This document shows, one piece after another, positions 1 to 8,538 of a stretch of 61,288 nt of DNA (the stretch's first letter is position 1; each line of letters begins with the position of its first letter). Position numbers and translations under genes: made by a program. The stretch lies in assembly GCA_964632475.1 (NCBI GenBank), contig CAZWDQ010000003.1, positions 1 to 61,288 of the forward strand, in the 5' to 3' direction. The notes under the pieces are model-generated. The model ran no database searches, was not told the DNA's origin, and saw only the letters and a list, made by a program, of their open reading frames with translations. The stretch is from an uncultured Acidimicrobiaceae bacterium. Its GTDB lineage: Bacteria > Actinomycetota > Acidimicrobiia > Spongiisociales > UBA5794.

Positions 1-122
1 CATGGGCCCCTCCTTGGTCGTGCTGTTCTCGGTCCTACGTGAGTCAATGTGCTGCTTCCTGCACGCAGGCGGCAGGGCACGACCCTCAACGGGCCGCGCC
101 TCTGTCCGCCTCCGATTCGTGG

Positions 123-635
123 CTAGCCGGGAAGGCCGAGGAACCCGATCTGGGCACCGGGGCCGGCGCTCTTGATTGCTTCCGGCATGTTCTCCGGATC
201 GAGGGCGCCATGCTCGGCGACCACGATGTGGTACTCCGCACCTTGGGCGTTCTCAACAGAGATGCTGCCTGCCAAGTTCACGTTGCCGCTTTGGCCGGTC
301 ACATGTCCAGCGATCTGCTGCACCTTGAACCCGACTGCGTCGGGCCGCTCTTCGGCATCGTCGGACCCGCAACCATCGAGACAATTGCCTGGTTTCGAGA
401 ACGAGAATCCCCAGAGGGTGTACACGTTCCCCGGAACAAGGCCGCTCGTCTTCACCCTGATGGTGGCCCTGTGGGTCGTTGCGGTCAGATCGATCGAGGA
501 TCCTTCCACTTCAATCATGGGGGGGGGAAGCGTCAGCATCGTCGATCTCTCATGACTGGCCGGAGCCGCTGCCGCCGGCGCCAACGCCGCCAGCATCCAA
601 ACGACTGTTGCTGCCACGATTACTTTCTTGCGCAT
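123..635 (-). CDS. exported protein of unknown function (paralog of the 4412..5095 product)
   Basis: ORF 123..713(-) trimmed to the ATG at 635. The N-terminus MRKKVIVAATVVWMLAALAPAAAAP looks like a Sec signal peptide. No family recognised. The C-terminal half aligns by eye with the 4412..5095 product (YTLWGFSFSKPGNCLDGCGSDD vs FTLWVAVFNNPDLCTDSACDADD; AEYHIVVAEHG vs AEIHAFIAPHG). Confidence 0.6.
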   Translation of the reverse strand: MRKKVIVAATVVWMLAALAPAAAAPASHERSTMLTLPPPMIEVEGSSIDLTATTHRATIRVKTSGLVPGNVYTLWGFSFSKPGNCLDGCGSDDAEERPDAVGFKVQQIAGHVTGQSGNVNLAGSISVENAQGAEYHIVVAEHGALDPENMPEAIKSAGPGAQIGFLGLPG

Positions 636-803
636 GGGATCTCCTGTCCCTAGACGTAGCGCCAGGCAACACGCGAAGCCTTGATGGCTACTTAGCAAAT
701 GCTTGCAGGGCAATGGCTTCTGGCGTTAAGCCGCCAGTAAGGTCGCCGTGGTCTCCTCACAATGTGGGGTTTCGGGTGCGTATGGTTGTCATGGGAGGGG
801 CCA

Positions 804-3800
804 ATGGAGTACCGAGTCCTCGGCTCTGTCGAGGTACTTGATGACGATGGTTCGCCGGTTGACATCGGCGCCAGGCAACAACGTGCACTCCTGGCCATCC
901 TCCTCGCCAACGTCGGCCGGGTCGTCTCGACCGAGCGGATCCTCGACGAGCTGTGGGCGAACGATCCTGAGGGCAAGGAAAAGACTCTCTGGGTGTACAT
1001 CTCCCGGCTGCGCAGTGCTCTCGAGCCGACTCGCGCCGCGCACTCCAAAGGCACTGTCCTGGTGACTCGCGATCACGGCTACGCCCTCACCATCGACCCT
1101 GACGACGTCGACGCCCACCGCTTTGGCGCGTTGGTGGAGAAAGGTCGCGCCCTGGTGCGAGACAACCCAACGGCTGCCGCCGAGCTGCTGACCGACGCAC
1201 TGGCGATGTGGCGGGGCGAGCCTTACGAGGATTTCACCTATGACGACTTCGCCCAGGGTGAGATCACCAGCTTGCGCGAGATGCAGCTGGCCGCTACGGA
1301 AGACCGTGTCGACGCTGAGATTCGCACTGGTCGCCAGCGGGAGGTCATCGGAGAGCTCGATGGCCTGATGCGGGCCAACCCGCTGCGGGAACGACCGGTC
1401 GAGCTGCTCATGATCGCCCTGTACCGCTCGGGGAGACAGGCAGATGCGCTGCGCACCTACCAAAGCCACCGACGCACGGTCGGCGAAGGGCTTGGTATCG
1501 AGCCTTCGCCTGAGCTGCGGCGCATCGAAGAGCAGGTATTGCTGCACGATCCCCGCCTCAACCCGTTCGGCGAGCCTGCTTCCCTCGAACCGGCGCAACA
1601 GACCCAGAACCCTTTCAAGGGTCTGCAGCCATTCACTGAGGGAGATGTCGCCGCGTTCTTCGGACGGGATCGCCTGACTTCTGAAATCGTGCGCCGTCTC
1701 GCCGCAGGCAATCGTCTGGTGACGTTGGTGGGTGCCAGTGGCTCGGGTAAATCGAGTGCGTTGCGCGCCGGCCTGATCCCGACGATGCGCAAGGGTGCGG
1801 TCGGCGATCCCGACGACTGGCTCGTCGCTCAGATGGTTCCCGGGTCGCACCCGTTCAGGGAGTTGGAGGTGGCGCTGCTGCGATCAACACTCGATTCCCC
1901 CGAGAGCCTTGCGGAGCTCCTCGACCATTCAGAGGACGGACTACTCCGAGCCGGACTACGGCTACTGCCGGAACACTCTGGTCGTCTTCTGCTGGTAATC
2001 GACCAGTTCGAGGAGCTGTTCACTCTCGTCGAATCCGAGCCGGAGCGGTTACGGTTCGTTCGCAACCTCGAAGTGGCACTGACCGATCCACACAACCGCA
2101 TCGTCGTCGCTCTCGCGTTGCGCGCCGACTTCTACGATCGGCCGCTCGCCTACGGCAGTTTTGCAGCGATGCTTGGCGACAGCATCATCAACGTTGTGCC
2201 GCTGACGCCAGACGAGCTGGAAGAGGCTGCTGAGGGCCCGGCCGAGCTCGCCGGTGTTGAGTTCGAACCCGAATTGCTGAACAGGCTGCTCAGCGACGTT
2301 GTAGGCCAGAGTGGCGGTCTGCCGCTGTTCCAATACGCTCTCACCGAACTATTCGACAGAAGAGCTGGCGCCCTACTCACGGCCCAGGCATATCAAGAGA
2401 TGCAGGGTGTCGGCGGCGCTATCACCCGGCGTGCCGAAGAGATCTATCTGGGGCTAACCCCTTCGGAGCAGACTGCCTGCAAGCAGCTCTTCCTGCGCCT
2501 AGTGACGATCGCCGAGGCCGGAGCGTGGAGCAGGCGGCGTGTGGCCGCCTCCGAAATCGTCACCATTGTTGAGGACGTTGTGGACTTGCAGTCGGTCCTC
2601 GACAAGTTCGCAGCGTTCCGCCTGTTGACGTTCGACCGTGACTACGCCAGCGGCTCACCGACCGTCGAAGTCGCCCACGAGGCGCTGCTCCACGAGTGGC
2701 CGCGCCTGACGGAATGGATCGAGGAAGGGCGCGACGACGTCATCCGCCACGCTCGCTTCCTGACCGCGCTCGGCGAGTGGCACGCCGCCGAGGAGAAGGC
2801 GGACTATCTGTTGTCCGGTAAGCGACTCTCCGACTACGAGAAGTGGGCCAACAGCAGCACGCTGCGTTTGACGAGCCGCGAGCAGCACTTCCTCGACGAC
2901 GCTATCGCCCAGCGGGAGGAGCAGCTCGCCGCCGAGGCCGAGCGGACCGCTCGCGAGTCCAAGCTCGACCGGCAGGCCAAGAGTCGCTTGCGCGGGTGGG
3001 CCGTCGCCGGGGCGCTGCTGAGCGTGGTCGCCGTGGCTTCATTGATTGCCGCTTTCGCCGGCAACCCACCCCGCATCGTTGCGGTCCACGGTGCGACCGG
3101 GGACTTCGGCATCAACGATCTGATGGTGGCGGGCGTGGCGTCTGCCGCTGACCAATTCGAGGTGGATATCGAGCAGCGCCAGCCGCTCATCGACCCGGTC
3201 GCCGACCTCCGTGAGCTCGCCAGCACCGGTGCGGACTTGATCGTCGTGAGCAGCGACTTCGACCAGGAGGTGCAGCTAGTGGCCGCCGAATACCCGGACG
3301 TCCGATTCGTCGGCATCGACCCTGTGCTGATCAAGGTCCCTGCCGCCAACATCACTGAGATGCACTTTGCGGTCGAGGACAGCGCATTCTTGGCAGGCGT
3401 CACCGCCGCTTTGGCATCGCAGTCCGCGGCCGTTGGATTCATCGGCGGATTTCAAACACGCGTCACCGAAAGCTCGCGGGTCGGCTTTGAGCGCGGGGCC
3501 ACCTTTGAAGACGCCGCAGTGAAGGTCGACTCTCGCTACCTCGGCCCGGTGGACGTGCCCTGGGTCAAGGGCAACGAAAGCCCCGACCTCGCCTACCAGT
3601 TGGCGGTCGAGATGTACGCCTCGGGCGTCGACGTCATCTATCACAACGCAGGCAATTCGAGTGCCGGCATCCTCCAGGCCGCCCGAGAGATGTCGACGGG
3701 CGATCGGCACCTGTGGGTTATCGGTTCCGAGGTCGACCAGGCGCTGACAACACCTTCCGCAGAAGACGGTGCATATGTGCTCGCCTCGGCAATCAAGCGC

Positions 3801-4415
3801 TACGACTCGGCAGTCGTCAATACCGTCGAAGCGTTCCTTGCGGGCGAATTGCCGGCGGGCGATGTCGAACTCGGGCTCGTTGAAGACGGCGTAGGACTGG
3901 CGGATACCGGAGGCCATCTCGATACTTTGGGCATCCTCGGCCAGGTCCTCATCATGGAGGGTGAGATGTTGATAGACCACATTCCGCTACCGCCCTATGC
4001 GGAAGCTGGTCCCGATTGGCAGTACGATGCCGATGTCACCATCCACATGGTGTTGGGTAGCGACTTCTGCCGGGTAACCAAAGTCGAAGGCGCCGAGGAG
4101 ATCGACGGCCGGATCCGGATCCCGCGCGGCGATCGCGTGATCGTTCGCATGGATAGTCAAACCGACCAAGTCGGCGGGATTGCGGTCAGCCCCATTGCAC
4201 TCGGGACCGGGCTGGATCAGCTCGCCAGAGAGGCAGCCACCGGCATTCCGCCGTCGTTGGGCAAGCCGCTTGCCCTGTCACTGACAGCGCCGCAGGCATC
4301 GACGGCGGTCTCCGCTGTTATGGACGGCACGCCGTTCGTGCCCAATTGTTTCTTCCTCGAACCGACGTACTTCCCTGCCGACTTCCTACCAGTGATTGTG
4401 AGTCCCGCATCATGA
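804..4415 (+). CDS. SARP/BTAD transcriptional regulator fused to an nSTAND-type P-loop NTPase, one TM helix and an extracytoplasmic BMP/PnrA-like binding domain
   Basis: ORF 762..4415 trimmed to MEYRVLGSVEVL, the typical SARP N-terminus. BTAD motifs WRGEPYEDF and LYRSGRQADALRTYQ. STAND signature NPFKGLQPFTEGDVAAFFGRDR, Walker A GASGSGKSS (nt 1729-1755), Walker B LLLVIDQFEELF. TM helix WAVAGALLSVVAVASLIAAFAG (nt 2997-3062). BMP-like region DLIVVSSDFDQEV..VRFVGID..EDSAFLAGVTAALASQSAAVGFIGG (about nt 3075-3960). The last ~150 aa are unassigned. Confidence 0.85.
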   Translation: MEYRVLGSVEVLDDDGSPVDIGARQQRALLAILLANVGRVVSTERILDELWANDPEGKEKTLWVYISRLRSALEPTRAAHSKGTVLVTRDHGYALTIDPDDVDAHRFGALVEKGRALVRDNPTAAAELLTDALAMWRGEPYEDFTYDDFAQGEITSLREMQLAATEDRVDAEIRTGRQREVIGELDGLMRANPLRERPVELLMIALYRSGRQADALRTYQSHRRTVGEGLGIEPSPELRRIEEQVLLHDPRLNPFGEPASLEPAQQTQNPFKGLQPFTEGDVAAFFGRDRLTSEIVRRLAAGNRLVTLVGASGSGKSSALRAGLIPTMRKGAVGDPDDWLVAQMVPGSHPFRELEVALLRSTLDSPESLAELLDHSEDGLLRAGLRLLPEHSGRLLLVIDQFEELFTLVESEPERLRFVRNLEVALTDPHNRIVVALALRADFYDRPLAYGSFAAMLGDSIINVVPLTPDELEEAAEGPAELAGVEFEPELLNRLLSDVVGQSGGLPLFQYALTELFDRRAGALLTAQAYQEMQGVGGAITRRAEEIYLGLTPSEQTACKQLFLRLVTIAEAGAWSRRRVAASEIVTIVEDVVDLQSVLDKFAAFRLLTFDRDYASGSPTVEVAHEALLHEWPRLTEWIEEGRDDVIRHARFLTALGEWHAAEEKADYLLSGKRLSDYEKWANSSTLRLTSREQHFLDDAIAQREEQLAAEAERTARESKLDRQAKSRLRGWAVAGALLSVVAVASLIAAFAGNPPRIVAVHGATGDFGINDLMVAGVASAADQFEVDIEQRQPLIDPVADLRELASTGADLIVVSSDFDQEVQLVAAEYPDVRFVGIDPVLIKVPAANITEMHFAVEDSAFLAGVTAALASQSAAVGFIGGFQTRVTESSRVGFERGATFEDAAVKVDSRYLGPVDVPWVKGNESPDLAYQLAVEMYASGVDVIYHNAGNSSAGILQAAREMSTGDRHLWVIGSEVDQALTTPSAEDGAYVLASAIKRYDSAVVNTVEAFLAGELPAGDVELGLVEDGVGLADTGGHLDTLGILGQVLIMEGEMLIDHIPLPPYAEAGPDWQYDADVTIHMVLGSDFCRVTKVEGAEEIDGRIRIPRGDRVIVRMDSQTDQVGGIAVSPIALGTGLDQLAREAATGIPPSLGKPLALSLTAPQASTAVSAVMDGTPFVPNCFFLEPTYFPADFLPVIVSPAS

Positions 4416-5095
4416 ACCAAACGATTTCGCCACCAACCTCGAGAAAAGCCGCCATCAGATCGAGCCGGAAGTCGAAAGCCGCTGGGATCGGCCTGGTGGT
4501 GGCGACATTGGCGTTGACCTCCTGCGGAGGGGATGAGGCCAAGGGAGAAGTCTCGAACGTAATGGAGCAAGGCGCTAGCGAGTCCATCCTGGCCGTCGAC
4601 GGCGCCGAGCTGGTGCGTACCGCAGACGGGATTCGTTTGCGCGAAACGGTCCCCACTCCGCCTCCGGGCAGCTATGAGTACCCGGTCGCTGAAATGGTGC
4701 CGCCGTGGAGCACCCCGCACCCTGAGGTTTCCCCAGGAAGCGAAGACGAACCGGAAGCCTTCACGCTGTGGGTGGCCGTCTTCAACAACCCGGACCTATG
4801 CACCGACAGTGCCTGCGATGCCGATGACCTGACGGCAGACGCGGCCGCTCAGGGCGGGATGTACCAGGCAGACGGGCGCGTCGCCGACGAGTCTGAAATC
4901 GAGTTCGCGGGAGCTGTGCGGCTGGGACAGGATCCGTCCACCGGGGCAGCGCTGGAAAATCCGCTTGGCGCCGAAATCCACGCGTTCATCGCACCCCACG
5001 GTAAGGCGCTCACCGGACCAGACCTGTGGCGCCAGCTCAACGGCCCGGTCGGTACCCCGGCGCTGTGGTGGGCCGCGGTGTTCTCGGCGGGCTAG
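4412..5095 (+). CDS. lipoprotein of unknown function (paralog of the 123..635 product)
   Basis: ORF 4346..5095 trimmed to the ATG at 4412, which overlaps the upstream stop as ATGA (4412-4415). Basic N-terminus followed by GIGLVVATLALTSC, a lipobox-like LTSC. The C-terminal half is similar to the 123..635 product. Confidence 0.65.
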   Translation: MNQTISPPTSRKAAIRSSRKSKAAGIGLVVATLALTSCGGDEAKGEVSNVMEQGASESILAVDGAELVRTADGIRLRETVPTPPPGSYEYPVAEMVPPWSTPHPEVSPGSEDEPEAFTLWVAVFNNPDLCTDSACDADDLTADAAAQGGMYQADGRVADESEIEFAGAVRLGQDPSTGAALENPLGAEIHAFIAPHGKALTGPDLWRQLNGPVGTPALWWAAVFSAG

Positions 5096-5722
5096 CGCCA
5101 CGATAGAACGAGGCAAGCCCGATCGTCCGGGCGTTGCGGACCTCAGGCGAAGGGCTGCTGACTCTGGCAGCCGGCGACTACGCCGCGGCGGCGGGGATCC
5201 TCCGTGGCGCTCGTGAGCGGCTCGGGGTGCTGGACTTCATGCTCGAAGAGGCGCAATGTCGGACCTGGGAGGCGCGGGCACGACGTGGCCTCGGGGAAGG
5301 CGAAGCCGCGACGATCTGCTTCCCGCGTGTATCAGCAGAAGCGCCAGCAATGACCGCTGTTAGTGGGGACCCAAATCGAGCGGCCGACCCTTATGGACGA
5401 CTTCCAGCGGGCCCAGCGCACGAAACTCCACTCGATTCCTCCTCCTCCATGGTCATCAAGCACACGCAATGGCCTTCTGGCTTAGCTCCGACGTCTAGCC
5501 AGATCGAACCCGGCCGCACCGGCCCCGCCACGACCTCGGTATTCGCACACCTCGCCTACCAGCGGCCCTGAGACCCAGCGTGCCGAAATCGGCTCACAGG
5601 TGCCCTCCAGGTGCCATTCGGCGAATTCACGGGGTTTCAGTACATCGCGCTGGGTGTCACAAATCCAACGAAATGGCACCCCGTGACCCGTACTGGGACG
5701 AAGCGCGACATCCACTATGGGT

Positions 5723-5766
5723 CTGAAAAGCCAGAGGTCGGCAGTTCGAACCTGCCCCTGACCACG
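5723..5766 (+). pseudogene. tRNA-Phe(GAA)-like 3' fragment running from the anticodon loop to the acceptor end, with no 5' half
   Basis: CTGAAAA anticodon loop (GAA). Perfect T-arm GGCAG/TTCGAAC/CTGCC (5740-5756). Acceptor 3' strand CCTGACC plus discriminator A (5757-5764). No complementary GGTCAGG 5' strand and no D-arm within about 160 nt upstream. Confidence 0.5.
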
Positions 5767-5860
5767 AATCGAACCCTCTGCACCGCAGGGGGGTCCGTCG
5801 CGTCTGAGGCCCCAGAAGCATCGGCTGTGTCTCGTGGCCTGGTCGTAGGCACAAACGACG

Positions 5861-6844
5861 TCAGCCGACCGACTTGCGGTACGTGATCATCCGTTTCTCC
5901 GGCACGAACCCAAGCCGTTCGTAGAGGCGATTCGCCCCTGTCGGGCTCTCCGAGTCGACCCCGAGCACGGCGTACTCCATGCCATCGCTCTTGAAGTCCC
6001 TCAGGGCCATCGTGATGAGAGCCGAAGCGATCCCGCGACCGCGGTGGCTCCTGATCGTACCGATACCCTCGATCCACGCTTCGGTCCGCCCCCGATCAGC
6101 CCAATCGTGGGGGTACTTCGAACACGACATGTACGCGACCGGTGCTTCCTGGTCGTAGATGACCCACGACGTGTCCGGCAAGAAGAAGTCACCAGCGTGG
6201 AACGACTCCCAGTGGTCCAACCCGAACGGCTGTGATCCCCAGTGGTCCTCGAACGCCGCATTGTGAACCTCGAGCGAGTCCGCCACTGTCTCCTTCGACC
6301 ACCGGAGCGCGGTCCAGTGATCATCGAGTGGCGCATCCTCAATGGGGAGCGACAAGTCACGCAGATTCTCGGTGAAGTAGCGGACCCGATCGTACCCGTG
6401 TCGCTCGAAGAGGTCTTGCTCGTCGGTCATCCACTCGTAGATGTCGTAGCGGTAGAGAGAGCAAGGGAGTTCGCCGTCGAACGACCGCAGACGGTTAGTC
6501 CCCACTGCCTCGATCCAGTGGACAAGTTCGTCTTCGACTCGGCCGCGCACGCCCGGATGAACGAGCAGCCAGACGAAGGCGCGATGCTCGGTTCTGCCGG
6601 TCTTCGGTACTAGCGACCATCCGAGGGCGAGCATCTCTCCGTTCCGTCCGAAGGCACCGATCGAATCGGTGTTGGCATCCTCTCCAAAGCGGTCGAATTC
6701 TTCCGCCATCTCACCGGGCGTCGTGAGGAACGTCCGATCAACCGCATTGCAGGCGTTGTGGAGATCCGCCATCGCCACGGCGTCATCGGGGACGAGTGGG
6801 CGCCACGACACGCCTGAGATCCGGGGCAGCGGGTTTCGATCCAT
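5861..6844 (-). CDS. tandem-GNAT N-acetyltransferase (MshD-like architecture)
   Basis: ORF 5861..6988 trimmed to M49 (MDRNPLPRISGV). The C-terminal GNAT core reads IRSHRGRGIASALITMAL..ANRLYERLGF. A second GNAT-like half lies N-terminal (HPGVRGRVEDEL). Confidence 0.8.
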   Translation of the reverse strand: MDRNPLPRISGVSWRPLVPDDAVAMADLHNACNAVDRTFLTTPGEMAEEFDRFGEDANTDSIGAFGRNGEMLALGWSLVPKTGRTEHRAFVWLLVHPGVRGRVEDELVHWIEAVGTNRLRSFDGELPCSLYRYDIYEWMTDEQDLFERHGYDRVRYFTENLRDLSLPIEDAPLDDHWTALRWSKETVADSLEVHNAAFEDHWGSQPFGLDHWESFHAGDFFLPDTSWVIYDQEAPVAYMSCSKYPHDWADRGRTEAWIEGIGTIRSHRGRGIASALITMALRDFKSDGMEYAVLGVDSESPTGANRLYERLGFVPEKRMITYRKSVG

Positions 6845-6999
6845 GTGGAGATGGTATGCCGCCGAGAACACGAACACGCGCCCGAAAACCATCACAGCCC
6901 CGGTGGCATCCGAGCAGCCCGAGGTCGTTTGGGGCACCTGACGGGCGTCTTCGGCCAATGGGGCAACCGTTATCGAAGGACTCACCAACGCGGTGATCG

Positions 7000-7251
7000 T
7001 CAGCCTTGGGCCTCCAAAGAAGAACGGTCCACCCGGCGCTTCACAACGAACGGAATGACCGCAAGCAGCACGAAGCAGATCGCGGCGATGATCGTTATCA
7101 AGCGCTGATGGCCCTCAGAGTTGAACTCGACTCCGAAGGTCGTCGCGACAGCCCCTACAAGCAGACCGGCAGTGAGAGCGATCGCCGCTGAAGCAAGGAG
7201 CCACACGAGGTACCCGACGACGAACTTCCAGGTTGCGGCGTCTTCGCCCAT
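7000..7251 (-). CDS. small membrane protein (2 predicted TM helices)
   Basis: 83-aa ORF with two hydrophobic helices. Its ATG shares one nt with the upstream stop (TGATG at 7249-7253), which suggests translational coupling. Confidence 0.5.
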   Translation of the reverse strand: MGEDAATWKFVVGYLVWLLASAAIALTAGLLVGAVATTFGVEFNSEGHQRLITIIAAICFVLLAVIPFVVKRRVDRSSLEAQG

Positions 7252-7610
7252 CAGCCGGTGACGAAGCGAAGGGTCAGTGGGTACCGATAGAACTCACCGT
7301 TCGCGGCCTTGATCCCGGCGATGATCATCACCACGAGGGCGAAGATCAGAACGACGAAGATCAAAACGAATCCGATCAGAACGAACATGAGGAGCACCGA
7401 GGCGATCACGTAGATGATCAGAGAGATCTGGAAGTTCAGAGCCTCTCGTGCGTGGTACTCGATGAACGAGTCTTCGTCGCGCTTGATCAACCAGATCACC
7501 AGTGGGCCGATGAAACTGAGCCCGATCAACGGAACGAGGTGCGCTGCTGTTGCCCAGCCGCGTGATTCGGAGGGAACGGGTTCCGGTACGGCCGGGTAGT
7601 CGCTGGTCAT
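7251..7610 (-). CDS. DUF4870-like integral membrane protein
   Basis: 119 aa. The pattern HLVPLIG..IGPLVIWLIKRDEDSFIEYHAREALNFQISL..G..YRYP is typical of the DUF4870 family as I recall it. Confidence 0.7.
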   Translation of the reverse strand: MTSDYPAVPEPVPSESRGWATAAHLVPLIGLSFIGPLVIWLIKRDEDSFIEYHAREALNFQISLIIYVIASVLLMFVLIGFVLIFVVLIFALVVMIIAGIKAANGEFYRYPLTLRFVTG

Positions 7611-7682
7611 GTCGGTCCTTTCGAAGGAGTGCAGAGGATACCCAAGCCGTCCATCCCGATGATCGGCACAGGCGCTCGAGCG

Positions 7683-8432
7683 TCAGTTTGCGAAGGTGAG
7701 CGCCTGACGGCTGGCCCATCGTCTGGACACCTTTCCGTATGCGGCGCGAGACTCATCCCCGTCTCCGCTCTCGAGCGCCTCGAGACTCCGGCGAACGTCC
7801 TCTGCGGACTCGTCGAAGGTGAGATCCGTATCGGCGAAGTGGCCCGCCACGGAGGCGTAGTCGAGTTCCAGCATCGATCCGGCGGGGAACTCCGCCAGCC
7901 ACTGCTCGAGATCACGCACCTGGTCGATGACCGGCTCGGGAAACCCGGCGCCGTCGAGCACGCGGACGGCCCAACCGATGCGATCGACGGCCTCACCGAG
8001 GCCCGTCCGGTATCGGATCCCGAGACCGTCGCGGCGCCCGTAGATCTCCCGTTCAGAGGGACTGAACGCACCGAACCAGCGCAACGGAACATGCCAAGGG
8101 GAGGCAAGGATGTGACTTCTCCGGCCGGCGGAGCGAAGACCAGCCAACTCTCGCTTGAACGACTTGCGCTCATCTTCGCCCACGAGCGGAATCTTCGGAT
8201 ACGTCCCCGAGAAAGCCAGCACGCCTTCAACCATCCGGAGCCGGGTGTTGCGCGGGCATATGTACGAGACACCGTTCCAGATCGTTACGAAGGCATCCTC
8301 TCGCAGCGATTCGTCCCAAACGAATCGGCCATCAGATCGGACCGGGTTGTCGTCGGCGAGCGCGTCGTCGTACGGTTCGGTGTCGGCGGCGTCGCCGGCG
8401 ACGAAAACCCTGAGGTAGGCCGTACTGATCAT
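7683..8432 (-). CDS. conserved hypothetical protein
   Basis: 249-aa ORF with coding-like composition and no competing ORF. No family recognised. Confidence 0.6.
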   Translation of the reverse strand: MISTAYLRVFVAGDAADTEPYDDALADDNPVRSDGRFVWDESLREDAFVTIWNGVSYICPRNTRLRMVEGVLAFSGTYPKIPLVGEDERKSFKRELAGLRSAGRRSHILASPWHVPLRWFGAFSPSEREIYGRRDGLGIRYRTGLGEAVDRIGWAVRVLDGAGFPEPVIDQVRDLEQWLAEFPAGSMLELDYASVAGHFADTDLTFDESAEDVRRSLEALESGDGDESRAAYGKVSRRWASRQALTFAN

Positions 8433-8538
8433 CGAGCGATGGTACCGGCGAGGGTCCCGGAACTGATGGGGAACGTCTCAGGTAGAATCTATCTACATCT
8501 CGAACCGTGTCCTTGACGGTACGTCGGAAGGAGCCGCG

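Noticed and set aside
1-15. AAGGAGG-N5-ATG on the minus strand at the very left edge (ATG at positions 3..1). This suggests a gene starting here and running leftward out of the window, downstream of the 123..635 gene.
   Set aside because: Only the start codon is inside the window, so no coding evidence can be evaluated.
5117-5132. Short GC hairpin GCCCG-atcgtc-CGGGC after the 4412..5095 stop. A similar one, CCGCTG-cggtt-CAGCGG, lies at 25168-25184.
   Set aside because: The stems are only 5-6 bp with no U tract, which is too weak to call terminators from sequence alone.
5134-5571. 145-aa ORF in the large gap. Its first ~50 aa look like a TPR/helical-repeat fragment (LLTLAAGDYAAAAGILRGARERLGVL..EEAQCRTWEARA).
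   Set aside because: There is no RBS and no family match. The second half is low-complexity Pro/Ser/Ala-rich. At best it is a decayed gene remnant, and it cannot be supported as a CDS.
5450-5770. Possibility that the tRNA-like 3' end belongs to a complete tRNA, a long-arm tRNA or a tmRNA.
   Set aside because: No GGTCAGG (or G-U tolerant) 5' acceptor partner, D-arm or tmRNA-type GGGG 5' end was found within about 400 nt upstream. A second T-arm-like segment on the minus strand (about 5497-5515, GCCGG-GTTCGAT-CTGGC) has an off-consensus loop and no cloverleaf.
8440-8448. Genome-wide significance of the TGGTACCGG / GGTACCGG motif. It also occurs inside coding regions at about 11221 and 41195.
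   Set aside because: From base composition an 8-mer of this type is expected by chance a few times in 61 kb on two strands. Only the clustered pair at 34160-34208 is reported.
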